A DNA stretch of 64,000 nucleotides, from NCBI GenBank assembly GCA_030141605.1, contig JAQGDQ010000016.1:250282-314281 (forward strand), in the 5' to 3' direction. This DNA comes from Tubiluchus corallicola. Taxonomy: Eukaryota; Animalia; Priapulida. Under the pieces are notes generated by a model, which searched no databases, was not told the DNA's origin, and saw only the letters and a program-made list of their open reading frames with translations. Positions 13,001 to 28,000 of this stretch are shown here, piece by piece (within the stretch, counting starts at the first letter, position 1; the number at the start of each line of letters is the position of its first letter). A program made the position numbers and the translations under genes.

Positions 13001-16000
13001 AAACCTAGCTGCTAAGATAAAAGGTTGTGATTATAGAACAAGAATAACTGCCAGATAATTTAGCAGTTTATCATTATCATAGGCTGAAGCAGCAGCACTG
13101 AAGACACATTATAGCTTTTGTGTAAAGGTAACTATCAAACAGAAATGGATCACAATTTGCAATCTATTCTTATATATAATACTAAAAACGAGCCTTTTGA
13201 TACCATTTGCTACTTTAACAACAATAACAATTTTTATTTATAAAAGTATCTAAAATAAATAGTATATCTGTTAAAAACACGACAGCTTTTGAACTTCAGA
13301 CTGCAAAGCAAATATTTTCATGCCTAACAGTACCAAAACAGTATACACACCACAATTTTTTGCCCAGCCTTGAGACAGATCATTCGAGTACCAGTCAATC
13401 AGCAAACCAGAAAGTGCACAGGCATGAGAGTAAGTGGCAATGGAGTTACACATAGCAAAGAACATATGTTCTCCATCGTACGAGCAGATATCATACTTGC
13501 ACATCCTCTCATACACATCAGGGGAGACCAGAGAGTGACACTGAGAAAATATCTCATCTTTGTTAGTAATTACCAAGCACCACTCCTCAGCCTGCTTCTC
13601 TGCCTGCAACACAAGTAGGATGGTGACAACATAGGTAAAAGTGCTTATTACATTACACAATGATTGTAACACTCTTTGGCCCAACCATTCTCATTTTTTT
13701 GCAAACACCGCTTGAATTTGATAAACTACTGACCCAATAATGTGTTTTAAACCTGTAAAACCAACCATGAAAATATATGAAAACTTTGACTATTAGTAAA
13801 GTATGAAGATTAACGTGTCATTGAAAAAACAATCTAAATCACATTAGTGTTCCACTGACTATTCTACCATGGACCATGTCTACTGAGCAAGTTTTTCTTG
13901 ACAAACTTCTTTGGTGACTTGACATAGAGAGAAATCAACATAGGAAAGCTTTTTGATAATTTTTTATACAAAAAAATACATTAATTTAGAAAATAATGTA
14001 GATTTGCACTGTGGTACAGCTGTCAAATGCACCCCAAGTATTACAAAGAAGGTTTTTGCTTCTAGCCAACTTCATTAAATTTCTCAAAACATTTTAACAT
14101 ACACACTTAAAGGCTAAGAATTATTATTAATTTACCAATAATAATTACACTGATTAAGTGTTTTATTTGGAAGTGACAGCTAATGTCAATTAAACATTAT
14201 GAATGTGAGTCGGAGTCTGCAACATGTTTTTTGTGCAGTAACTAGCGAGTTCAATTGCACGTCATACGCAGGAGTGCAGTACTCATATCTGCACTAATGT
14301 ATTTAGCTCATGAATTAATAATTATTTTGTTGACTTACCAATTATCAGAAAAGAGCCAATTACTGTTAATGTTTCTAAAAATTGGCAGTAAAAAATAAAT
14401 GTCCAAAACAAACTAAGCTCAGACTCTGCAAAAGACAAGAGCAAAGCACCAAGAGAAGCTCACACTCTAAGTCTTTTTACAAAACCCTAAGTCCACACGT
14501 AATAAAAATTCTCATGGAAATTTTTTCCTGCTAAGAAAAACTAATTATATACATGCTTATATTACAACTCTTATTTAAAATCAAATAAAATAATGAATAT
14601 AAAATAATGATTTTCCTTAATGAGGTGGAAAGAGGATCACAATTATTCTGGCAAAAACTTCATCGTTCTTTGATGCTTATAAAAATGTTCAACTCATCTT
14701 TCTCATTTAAAAACAACTATAATTTGGTAACTATAGCAATGGCAACATTTACCTCTACATTTTTGTCACAAGGATTGGATAACAGTGGTCCAGGGGCCGG
14801 AACGCATGAAGCAGACACTTGATAACTTTTGGCAAATTCAGGAATAGCAGATTTCACATCACCGTATGGAGACAGGAGCTCATCTCTGATGTTGAAGTTA
14901 AAAGTACCGCACATTCCTTGGACCTATAATAGCATTTAGATTACTAATATTTGAATGTTTTTTATTTATACTGGTCACATACAAACCATCTGTCACTGCA
15001 AGAAAAAGCAACTTTTTGTGTTTAATAAACCATGATAAATCTAGTGGTTTAATAAATTAACCAAAATTACATGTTTCTAAATGAGTTTACAAAGCAAAAT
15101 TTTAGAACACAACACTAAGGCTGAATGACTCGGCATTTACATTTTTGGTTTAATTCACCAGAAGAACTGCAATTCTGGATTTGATTCTGGTCCCCTTATA
15201 TGTTTTTACTTTTGCAACACCAACCATAGCAAAATTACAAATATAAATATTTTATAGAACTAAAGCGAATCAAATGACCAAATTGTGGTGGAATAGTAAA
15301 GCAAAAATTAGCTAGTAAACAGTAATGCCATCACTATTATTTTACAAAAACTTCAGATTTCATGCAAATTAAACAGCATTTCACTTTTAATCTACAGTAC
15401 AAACACAGCAAAATCAATTTTAAACATTTCAGAATTGGTAAATATGTAATGTAACACTTTGAAAAAATATAAACAACTTCATAAGGTATTTTTTAAAGCG
15501 GGCCATTTAAGAGCTGTAGAAACATGTAAAATTGTAAAAATTCTTAATTTTCTGCTAAGTTTGGCTTTCAGTCTTTTAAACATGACCGAATTCCAATGTC
15601 GGTTTCTTGAAATAATCTGTGTGAGATATTTTTATTTAATGGTACCAAACTAGTGTGGCATTGAATTTAGCAACAAAAATTAAAGTCACCAACCAAACCA
15701 CGAGTATTTAACAAGAAAAAGTAATTCCAACAAAACTGATAAAAACATATCACATTTACAAGTATAAGTACATTTATCACTATCAAATTTATTTCAGGAT
15801 GTATGTGAAACCAGTCTCTCTTTGACTGCTTTGCACACTTAACTAGCTGTACGGGAATTCTAATACTGGTTTCTTATGTGCTTCACATATAAAAATATTT
15901 AGCATAATTGAATTTTATATATTATATGTCAAAATATACCATGTTAGTAGCATAATATGGTGCCAATGTGATGTACACACGCGAGTACTGATCGTAAAAA

Positions 16001-19000
16001 AGAGTGAAGCCAAATCCTTCCACAACAATCATAATCTTGGAAGCCTGTTTAGTCGATAGCTCTTCATTTTTATAAGGAAGATCAACTGCAACTTGATTTA
16101 CAGTTACGTCCAGCTGGAAAATATACACAAAAGTGTATAACGAAACACTTAAAACTATGAAGGTTTTGCAACAAAAAGCACTCAAATAATCAAAAAACAT
16201 TTTCTTATCAAAATTAACCAACAACACAAATCACCAAATCGAAAATTGGGACACAATTAGAAAAGTTAACAAACCAAAATGGTTGAATATGGGCTTTTCT
16301 GAGACACTATTATCCTTGAATACAAAGATGAAAGATAATTGCTGTGAAGTCTGGTTTTAATAATTATGTACAGCTGTGATTGAACAGATGTATGGCACCA
16401 AACTACCTTGATCATAAATCTGTGAACAACTTACATCAGCAGTGATGCGCAGCTTGCTCGAAAATGTCTCCACAGTAACAGCATTAGTGCAAGCTGTTTC
16501 TTTCGTGCAATCAGATGCTTCCATTGTGATTACTAGCATATGTTTATCCCTTGCATCCAAATGCTGTGTCTGTTTTAAAAAAGGCATGACTTGTAGCCAC
16601 TATAACATTTTACGGAATCAAATTTCACAATTTTTGGATCTAGCAAGAAGTGTGGGATGCCTAAACAAGATCATAACGCATGCACAAGTTCACGTGTTGG
16701 TTGCTTAATTATTCTCTCGTGATTATTTTTGTTGCTTATATTGTGAATTAGGTAATCTATAAGTAACTGGAAGAACAATGAAGTGACAGAGAATTGATTG
16801 GGCAGACTTGTTATCTTTAATAACTTTTATAAAACGTACAAACTGTGAGTTAAACTTTATATCTTATAAAATTTGAGAAACAGTCGTTCTATTACAAGGT
16901 GACCAGTGGTCAAGCAACCTCCTAAAGAGCTATTAACCGAGAGCTAACTTGGGTGGCTCTTAATACTCTAGACAAGGGACAAAAAAGAAAGGAAAAATTG
17001 TTGTATATGCAGAACAACAAGAGAAAATGTTCCAAACAAGAGTATTAGTATTAAAATATGACTCTCAAATACAGGCAAGTCCTCGACTTACGACCACAAT
17101 CGGTTCTAAATAATTAGTCTAGGTGAGACGACATGGACAACCCATATTCTCAAAGGTGCTTTCCTATACATAAGACATTGTGTAGTGCACTAAGTATGGT
17201 GACACCTACGGAAAAATTCATCGAAACAGATAGTAATTTAAAGTTAATTTGTTTAAAGAAGTGTTTCTCCTCATACATTGTTACACTGTTTTGGTTTCTT
17301 TCATTCTCATATAAAGATGGATCTGCCCTAAGTGTTTCTAAACTTTTTATGAAAAAACGGATTTCATTACAACAGTACATGCTCCGAATGATTTTCTTAT
17401 GAAAACTTACACCAATCATTACTTTTACAAGAAATGAGCAAACAAGGATCCAAGCACATTAATGCTTCCATTCTAGTTTCGCAATTTATCATCATGCAAG
17501 TGAGTGTCTAGCACTCATCAGTAATATCTGCTTAATGTTGACTGTTGTGAAAAAACTATACCTTAGCACATAATTAACGCTGTCCTCTATAAATAGGTAC
17601 TGAATTACAATGATCATAAACAAGGTAAAGAATATGGTGGCAGTACAGCAGATAAAACCACCAGAAACAGTACTCTTGTTTTTTGTCCATCTATTTAATA
17701 ATCTGGCTTGTTAGGTTAACTTTCATAACCGTTTTCACGATAATTTTTAACTAAATTACTTTGCGCTATCAGAAAAATATTGTACATTATAAAACTCTGC
17801 TAATATGGTAATGCTTTGAAATTAAATTATTTAAAACCATAGGTGCAAAGGATTTTTTACAGAAACCTGCCAATTGCAAAAACTTAACATAACCTGTTGA
17901 AAAATAAGCTCTGACAAGTTTTATCATTGTGAAAAAGTTAAATAAAAATACTCACTGCTAAAAAATGCAAAAGACTTCCTTAATGGTTAAAGTACTAACC
18001 AAAAATAACGCACCTGTACTAATACTTGCTCACAACCCGATGGAGGGTATTCATATTCTAGCCCATCAAATGTTATATAATGGTGCCCGCTGAGTACAGA
18101 ACAGGTAGAATTACACACATCTGTCGTACAGTCCCACTGTCCTTGTTTGCACTCACTACATTAAAAATAATATAGACTGCCTTACAGACATGACTTTATA
18201 CAAATACCGTGTAACATGTGTAGGACAGCGATGGTTCTCTTTTGCTTATAACAGTAGTAATTAAAATAAATACACATGTGTGTGGTCAAAAAAATTAAAG
18301 AACTTTATTGCTTTATTTAATTTCATTACGTCATGAATTTTATATTTGGAGAGTTCTATAATCTTTAATATATAATCTAAAAATTTTATTTTTATTTACT
18401 GGGTGTCATAAGATGGTAAAGCATGAATGAGTAAAAAAATCGATTAGAAGCAAATCTAAGATATCTAAAAATAAAACTTGAGCAGCTAAAACATATTAAC
18501 AATACTAGATGAAAGAACCTAAACCCAACCATACAAAGCACTCCCTAAAATTAAACTGACTACTTCTAAACTAGTTTTACACCTGCAAAACGTTGTGGTT
18601 TCAATTAAGGAATTTCAAAAACAAACATGCCCTGGTACATGGACAAAGAATTTAATTAAAAATGTGTTGTACATATTGAAGAACATTTGAAACAATTGAT
18701 GTTTGTTATTAAGCATAACCACTAGTTAAGTGTAACTAGTGAGACTAGAAGTACTCAGTATTTGCTGACAGTCATTAATTAGTGTTCTGCTTGATGAGTT
18801 TAGTCACTTTAAAACACCTACATTCAAATCAGACAGAGAAAGTGCGAAAGAAAGTCAGATGAATAATTCAGAAATTTTCCTTACCATTCATTGCAGCGCT
18901 GAGTGACCTTTGACCCAGGTTCATAGAGTTTCTTATGATAATAGCAAGGACATTGTTCTGCAGTCAGGCACTCTGTGCCATTCAAATAGAGACCAGGTGG

Positions 19001-22000
19001 ACATTCACAACCGGGGACACACTGGTATGGACAAGCTTCCTCATCCATACTCTTCCCGATCATCAGACATGTCCGCTTACATTGACTAGTACACTCTGAC
19101 CAGAATTGACCACCGGGACAATCCTTATCTGAAAATAAATGTAAAAATTAATAAACATACAAGCTTCTCATATCGACTTTTTACGATTGTTTAAAGACAA
19201 TGTGAAGGCAGTTTAAGTTTGCTCATTATTTACACATTATCTTAAGCACAAAAGTATGCATTGCAGACATTAAAATTACTAATATTTACATTTCTTAGTT
19301 TCATTCAGTACCATTTTAGATACAACAGCATAACAGGTGTTGTGCATATCCAAGAAATGGTGTATTTTAGTGGATCATTGTACTTGGCACATCGATATTT
19401 AAAATTATGCAGACTAGGCCACATGCTTGCTAAACTTGTTTCTCGGAAATATCCTGTACCTAAAATAGGCATGGTACCAGATTAACAGAGATGTAGACAA
19501 CTACACGACTCAGTTCGTGGCATCGGTGAAGCTATGTGAAATAGTATGTTAATCCAAAGATTAACTCAAAATTGGAAATTGTAAACTTAAAAATTGAAGC
19601 GGTCTTTGTTCCTTACTGTTAATACACAGTAACACTATTATAATATCTGTTTTACAGATATGTGCAATACAGAGGGAAGATGCCTGCTGTTGAAAAATGC
19701 TATACATTGGTGTTGTCTACACCTGCTGTTTAGTTTCTAATCTAATGTTTAAATATGAGGAAAATCATGCAAGTTTGGTGTTAACATTTTTGCCCAAATT
19801 ATTGTATGATCAAAAATTTGTCATCTTTTCCTTTGATTAATTTGCTGTGCATTCAAGATGCTTTAAGACATTTTAAGGACAGTAAAGTAATAAATCGAAC
19901 TGCGCTACGTAAATACAAACAAATATTTGCCAGCTAAAGCATTATTCATGGACGCCTTCCAACTGACAAGATGCACAAATTCTTAAACACATTTCAATGC
20001 ATCTTCAGTTGCTTTTTCGTTATAAGTTTGATTTTAAAGATAAAAACAATGAAGAAGAAACATGTTTGCAGGTAAAACTGAACCTTGTCCAACACATGCT
20101 CAAACTTAACTCAAAAAATTTCTAGAATCATTTGAAAACTGTTAAAACAAGTCACAAAATTTAAAACTAGTCTTCTGAAAATCTGTAATTCTGTATTGTA
20201 GCTACTCACTTTCAGATATTTTAATTGTAGATGTGCCCTAAAATCAAAATACTGTTTTCCCTCAAGAATATATACATGCATACATACATTATACACCCAC
20301 TATCCACTATCTGCATGAAGATGTCGAAAGCACAGGCATTACTTACCACAAAGATCGGGGGACCTCCACAGTAACACGATGCCTTTATCAGCACATTCCA
20401 TTGCATACTGCTCAAAGTTCATGCACATTCCGGCTAAGCATTCATCAGCCGAGAATCCGTAGCAGTAATCGTGATTGCAGGTCTTTTCAAATAATGTGTG
20501 GTCAACCTAATACGGAAATAAAACACAGGGTTGTGGTTAGTCACCATATTCATTACATAAATACATTGAATTATGTACTGAACAGTAAGAATGTACAAAT
20601 CAACAGAATAAATGCAATATGCACCGTGTACTAAACAATAAAAACGTGCAATACACAAATCAGTTCGAATATGTACTGAACAGTAAAAATGTACAATACA
20701 GTGACATTTGACATATGTATTGAACAACATCAATGTGCAAAATGTGCATGGATCAGTGGACAAATGTAATGAACAGCATGAATCTGCAATATGAGGGTCA
20801 GTGAGTATATGTACTGAACAATAATAATGTGCAATGCATGGATTAGTGGGTGTGTTTACTTAACAGTAAGAATGTGCAATAGACGGAATTGGCATATGTA
20901 ATGAACAGTAAGAATGTGCCATTAATGGATCAGTCCTCATATGTACTGAAGAGTAGGAATGTGCAATACATGAATCAGTGGGCATATATACTGAACAATA
21001 AGAATGTATGATTTATGAATCAGTTAGCAACTAATACTTACGTAAGGATGACAGGCAGCAAACTTGGATGAAGGATCAGAAATCAAATGACATTTGTTTT
21101 CAATTTTATGGGCGAACGATGCATTCTCACAGTAATTGTATGGTAGTACGCTGTCTGGACACTGAAATAATGTTTACGATTCTAATTAGTACTCATTTCA
21201 AATTTCAGCCATAAAACAATTTTTAATCATAGTACCACCTGTTAGGTAAAGAATGAAAGATTATAATACAATTAACAAATTATCATTTCAAAATAGAAAA
21301 ACTTTTACCGGGTGTTCCAGAAGCAATAGTGCAATGGAATATTGCTGATAAGTTTACATCGGAATGTACAAAAACATTATATATTAACAAAATTTGAAAT
21401 ATGCAATTAAAATTGTATTTTTGCATTATTATGATGTCATAATTAAGAATCCGTGATAACATTTCTTGGCGATTTTATCAACATATTTTCGGCATATTAC
21501 CTGCTGCACCATTGCTTCCAGAACACCCTGTACAATTAAACAAATGGCTTATAAGTTGTTTCCTACTGTAGAGGGTGCAATATTTGTAAGAATTTCCAAC
21601 AATTTTATGTTTCAAGCTTCTGAATATGAATTCACTAAAGTTTGCTGAAGCAGGTATTAAAGAAAAACAAGTTTAATGCTTATGCAGAGATTACTTACTG
21701 ATAAATCTGTCTTCCAAGAATTTCCAAATTGAATCTCACTTTCGGTTTCCACACCATCGGGCATTATTAAATCATCTACAAGTGACCAAAAAATTATGTT
21801 ATACAAAACCGTATGTAATGATAATAATAATAAAAATGTTTATAGTTGAATTTCTATTATAACTCATGCAATTATATAGATCTACTACAATTTGTTGTAA
21901 TTAACACTATGTTAAGATATAATGCAAATGCGACAGATCTTTTTACTGTTTATTCGGTTTCAATATTTCATGCACCATAATGTTTGTGCATTGTAACCAC

Positions 22001-25000
22001 AGGGACAAGTAGATTTGCTTGTAGTTTAACCTTAATGTTTTAGCTGGATTTTTGCAGAATGTGAAGTTTGAACTGGAGAATGAACGTATTTTAGCTTAAA
22101 ACATTTGTTGGTTAATTAACCGCTCCATATTGGGAAAAGTGGTTTATATTGTAACTTACCAAGAGGGTTTCCATTATAATTCCCACAAAGTCCCACTGTG
22201 CGTTCGAAATAATCATCTGACTCTACAGTAACATAAACGCTATTGTCGCTCCACTTTACGCTAACTCCAACATCTGTGTCCAAGTACGTAAATTTTCCGG
22301 CACGAGTGATAGATACGCCCTCCCCTATTTGTTACATAAAGTTGATAAGTTACAAAAAGCTCTACTGCATAAAAGAACTGGAAATATTTTAAATGACTTA
22401 TGGACATTTTGCATATTGTAGTTTTTGAAATAAGAAATTAACTGCCAAATTTTTGCAAAAATTAATAAATTCCGATTCACTGCTAATTAAAAAGCATAGT
22501 AGATATGAACAAACACAAAATAAATACAAACATGCATTTTTAGGATAGGAAATAAAAGTGGCAATGTGACAAATAAGTAAATTAAAACTCAGCATTAAAT
22601 TTAAAAGCACGTAGATATGATCGCGACACACATTAAATATAAAATAACGTAAAATTACAACTGTAAAATATAACATGTAGATTCTAAATAATTTTAAGTT
22701 CAACAGAGGAACAGTTACATTAACGAATGGTTGTGGGCTACTGGCAATAATAATTTTTTCAACAATTTCGGGCTTCTGCTTTTGTGTTTTTTCTGTTATT
22801 TTGTAAGACATTGTTCAGCACTTTTCGTTTTTTAAATTACAGCATGAAATAGGTACCGTATATACTCGCATATAAGCCGAATTTAAAACTATAAAATACA
22901 ATACTGAAATCAGGGGGTCGGCTTATATGCGCATGAAACAAAATGAACACAAGGACAGACACTAATGCCAATTTTCCAGCCACACATTTTCATCGCTATC
23001 TGACTCTTTATTTGGTTGTGTGTCACCAGTGGTGTATTGGAGGGGGATCGTGGGGGATCGCCGTCCACCCACTTTTTTTTAGAATAAATTCACATTTCAA
23101 TAAATGTCTGCTTTTTGTATTCATTAGATAAAAAATATTAAAAATGTATACGGGTTTAATATTAAATCTACTTGTTTTCATTTTTTCAAAAAACGGTTTT
23201 AAATAATGTCAATTTCTTTCAAATTTGTGAATGTAAAATGGTAAGTCTTGAGACTAGCCGTCCACCTACTTTTTATTTAGCAATACACCACTGTGTGTCA
23301 CCAGTTGCGAGCCGTAACCAAGCTACAGCTAGTGGTGAAGCCGACGTCATCAGCCAATTGGTAGGCAGCGCGTGGGGAGACGAGGGTCACGTGGCTTATA
23401 GAGGAACAGCAAACCAATGAGGCAAACGTGAGCACGCGGCCACAGAATTTAAAAGTGTGCTGAATTTTGATAATTTTAGTTGTAAAATTATTTGTGCAAT
23501 ACACCATACCACAAGTTGATGGTCGGCTTATATACGGGTTTTTGCAAAAACTGGCCATTTTAAAGCAGTTTTAGGGGGTCGGCTTATATGCGAGTATATA
23601 CGGTACTTCCAAATCACTTATATGCTATTCACAGTATTAAAAAGGAAACCTTTAACAATTCTTCTGTAAATTTGAAAACACAAGTTTCATACACAAGAAA
23701 TGTTTTGCACTTGAATTTAATGAAAGTAGCTATCCCAAACTATTGGCTACGAGCAGTTTTGAAGTCCAAGAGGGTGCAGCATTATTATAGAGGAGCACCA
23801 ACACGATATAAGACACAATTGAATGCTTTCTAATAAATAGATTCAAATGTATAACAAGGCTACCCAATGCTTAGAATGTTACTGCAATATAAGGACCAAT
23901 CCATTGAACCTCCATATTATCCACAAGAGCAGCTCTTTTGAATTTAATGCTTGAACTAGTTTTCATAAAATTAATTGTTAACCTCACAAACTTCTCTGCC
24001 TACAGAACGTTAAGTCTAGTAGCAATTCTCATAATGCTGTGAAGCATTTCTTGGGATTATCTCTGCGAGTTTATCATTTTAAAGCCGTTTTTTTTAAAAA
24101 GCCGGTCTATAAGCCTATGACCCGACGATTCAATGGTTAGCCTGCTTAGATGGAATACAGCAAGTCCTGGACTGAATTCCTAAAGAGGAAAATGAAGAAG
24201 CATTTGTGCTACGTTAATCTAATGAATATGACTTACCAAACTAGTGCTTAAAGACTGACATGCATTTCATGGCTCTGTCCGATTAGAATATAAGCAATTA
24301 AAATAACAAGACAAAATGGCAAAAATGGAAAAAAACATGGCAGCTAAGTAACAGTCAACTATAAAAATCCCAGGGTGATATTGGCTCACTACAGACTTTC
24401 AGTATGCATTTTTGTATAACATGTAACATTTATTTGTATTACTAATATAAGTAGCTTTATTATCTTACATGTGTTTATATAGGGAAGTCCTTTTGGAATA
24501 TGAAATGAGTTTCCATTTATGTCTGTAACAGTCACATCACATCCAATCGCATCCACATCTAATGTGCCACCAAAATTCATATGCAGTATCTATACAAAAA
24601 AGTATGTATATAATAAACAAGTAAATACATGAGTCAGTAGGAACTGGGCAGAAAAAAAGATAAATTTCTTTCGATAATTTAATGTTAATGTGCTTGTCTT
24701 CTGTTTGACTGTTTTTTTTGTTTTTTGTTGGTTAACTATAACGGTAAAATGCAGAATTTTAACTCTTCTCACTTGATTGCACATGGAAGAGCAAGTGTCT
24801 AGAAAAAGCAATTAGAAGTTGTCTTCACAGTTTTTCAGATAATTAATTTCTGTAGTTTCTGTCTGCACTGTCTGTCCTGTCTTTACATACTAAACTGGTA
24901 TTTTACATTAAACCACAAGTCAAAAGAACAAGACAGGCCAAAAGCATAAAAGGGAACCAAAGAAAAGAGACTGGTAAACATGCAATATGTTTAACACGAA

Positions 25001-28000
25001 ATCAAATTAAATTCATTATCTTTAAAACAATATACACTATGTCAAGTAATCTTTGATGACTTTAGAATGGCTAAGTAATGGTCCATAGAAACACTACACA
25101 TGGTACATCATACTTGACAATTGTTGGTAGATTTAAATGTAAACTAATTTATAAGTTTATAAGTTATAAGTTTATTTACTTACCTTAGTACAGTTATGTA
25201 TAAAGTGACACTGACTAGTCAGCAGTCGGATTGAAAACAAATGTGATTGACTACTCAAACCAACGCCCTGTGGGACGACATCCTCTGCTAAAAGGTAGCC
25301 ATCTAAACAGTCACCTCGATAGTCAAAAACACGTCCATCAAAACTACGAAAGTGGTCGGTGCACCATGATATGCAAGTGGCTGTGGATGTATATCCAACT
25401 AAAAAGAGAAAATTATGCTATATTAAGTATCCAGCTATCCTTGAAAATCCTTTGCTATTCAAATTCTGTTGGTTATTTATGCAAACCAAAGTTTTCACCA
25501 TTTGATTTAGGCATGAACACGTGCAAAAATGAGATTTCTAAAATTTCATACAACTTTAATATCAAATATTTCAAATTACAGATCTAAGAAATAAACTTAT
25601 TTTAACTGTAGCACTGAGATGCCATTTTATTGAAAGGATGGAGGCCAGTGTTGTTTGAAAATACTACTCTGCGTTCCAATAACCTTTTTAGTTGGATGGC
25701 AAAATTTGCTAGTGTTCTATTTTTGTCAAAGCTAATAAAAAGTAAACCACATATAGTATTCTCAGTACTCAGTTTTCATTCTTGCTAGCTTGTGCATACT
25801 AAAATACTAAAGCACTAAGCAAGCAGAGATGTAGGATTTGTCGATCAAGCAGAACCTTAGAAACAGTTCATTAATTTACATACCTTAGTGGCCTATAAAA
25901 CTGGATCAGTAGTGTGCAACTCAATATCCAGCATCTTAAATTTTAAACATATTAAAATGGCTCACACCAGATTTTAAGAGTTTGTTTACAAGCTAATGTA
26001 CAAACCAGCAGGCTCTCCACAAGTGTCACCAGTAAAAGCTTCAGTGCAATTGCAGTTGTTCGGTGCAATACAGACACCTTCATTTTGACATGGCGGAATA
26101 CATACAGCTACAAAAACAAATTCACAAATATTACAATTACAGATTTATCTGGTAGTGTAATGACTAAATGCTTCTTTGAAAGTGTCCTTACCCAATAATT
26201 GGTTCCATTTGTCCAGATAGGCCTATATGACTGGCACAATATGTATGGGCACTGCCAGAGGTTAAAAAATTTGACGCACATGCAAATAGGGGGTCTGTAG
26301 CAGAGCCTCTGCCACCAATGAATTTTCATGTATTTAAGCACATTTTGGAAGCCTCAAACAAGATTTCTATTCTGGTACATAGACTTCCTCAAATGTGAAA
26401 AATTCTGCTTTAATAAATATATTTGACCTATATTTACCTAGGTAATATTCATTGTATTTAATTTTAATAGTCACATATCTTAAAAGCAAGTTCGTAATAC
26501 ACTGCAAAGCGGATGATCCATTACTTAAGCTTAATTTATTTAGTGTCAAGATTATCTATCCAGCAAATTGTGGATAGTCACACATAAAACTGATTTGAGA
26601 CTGTTAAGTTTACAGCCTACCCATTGTTCATACAAAATTTAATATGTTTGCGTACATGCTAATTTTTGCCACTGGACACAGCTAAATGCAATTTTACTGC
26701 ATTATAGACCATTTTGCGGTTGCTAGAAGCTATTTCCTCAGGCAAGTTCACCTCAAACGCGTGGCTCATAATTTCACTACTACCGTGAAATGGTGGGGGG
26801 GGGGGGGGCAGGATTACGTCTAAGTACTATTTGAATTAGCAAACTCTTGTATTTGAAATTATTTTTTGCAGAAGTAACAGTCATATACCCGTGTCACATT
26901 CTGTGCCTGTCCAACCACTGCAACAAACATTATCAATTCGCTCTTCCTTGGATTCCCTATAAATGTAATAGATATGAATTAATTACTTAGTAATATAATC
27001 CATATGTCTGGTTTCTTACAATGGTTAGGTTAAATACCGTACTGCAAATCAGAAACGGTAAAACATTAGCATATATTACGATAATGATAGTAAGAACTAG
27101 TGATTGAGTAGGCCCAGTCATTCTGTGCAAAAATGATTATACCATATCTTTTATTCTCATTATAATTAATCTTCAATTTTGAATTATTATGGATTCGCTT
27201 ATTAAAATTTAAAAATTTACTGCAGTAATAGGTTCCTTAGATAACACATTAATACACAGTGTGCATTTAAAAAAATACACACTGCAAAAATTTCACATTC
27301 AATTTAAACAGAGATTTCACTTATAATTAAGTCACTATAGGCCTGTTAAAATTAGAAACAGTATTAGTGTCCAACTGTCCATGTACTGTAAACTTGAATC
27401 TGCAGTGTTTTACACACAAAGAATAAAGTGTTTTAATGCAGAAATGCTTGTTTTCACAGTGTTTACTTTTTAAAATAACTTTCAAACTAAAAGAAACTGA
27501 GATTCACCATTCAAAATCATAATCATGTTTACGTCTATTGTAGACATTAGACAGGAAGAATTCCAGCATAAAAGAAAATAAAATAAATCTGCAGTCAAGA
27601 TAAGTAAACACAACAGTAAGCCAGCAAAAAACTAAACACTGCTAGTGACTTGACAGGACTATTTCCGTTTTATGTGGAAAATCAGCATTAGCAGACACAT
27701 CTGGCGCATTAGCACGCTTTCTAACTAACTCTCAGTCAAGCACCAATTTTATGCCGTCAAATCTCAATCCGCTTTTCCTTTTCTGAATGCATTCATTTCA
27801 AACTACAGATATAACTTCTTACGGCAGTCTCTCACCTGCTTCAATGACGTATTTCAGAAATAAGCCTTTTCACAGTCCCAGCGATTGATGATGATCGTGA
27901 AAAGGTAAACTTTTACGTGTACCAGACAGCCAAATTCTGTACACTTGACAGTGATTCGTAGCCCATGCTATTGTAATAGTAACAGTTTACCTTACCTAGT

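Noticed and set aside
22398-22811. 137-aa minus-strand ORF
   Set aside because: Low-complexity AT-rich intronic frame with no motifs; the true exon is 22324-22160.
24110-24190. tRNA-like stretch
   Set aside because: Only vague A/B boxes and no cloverleaf.
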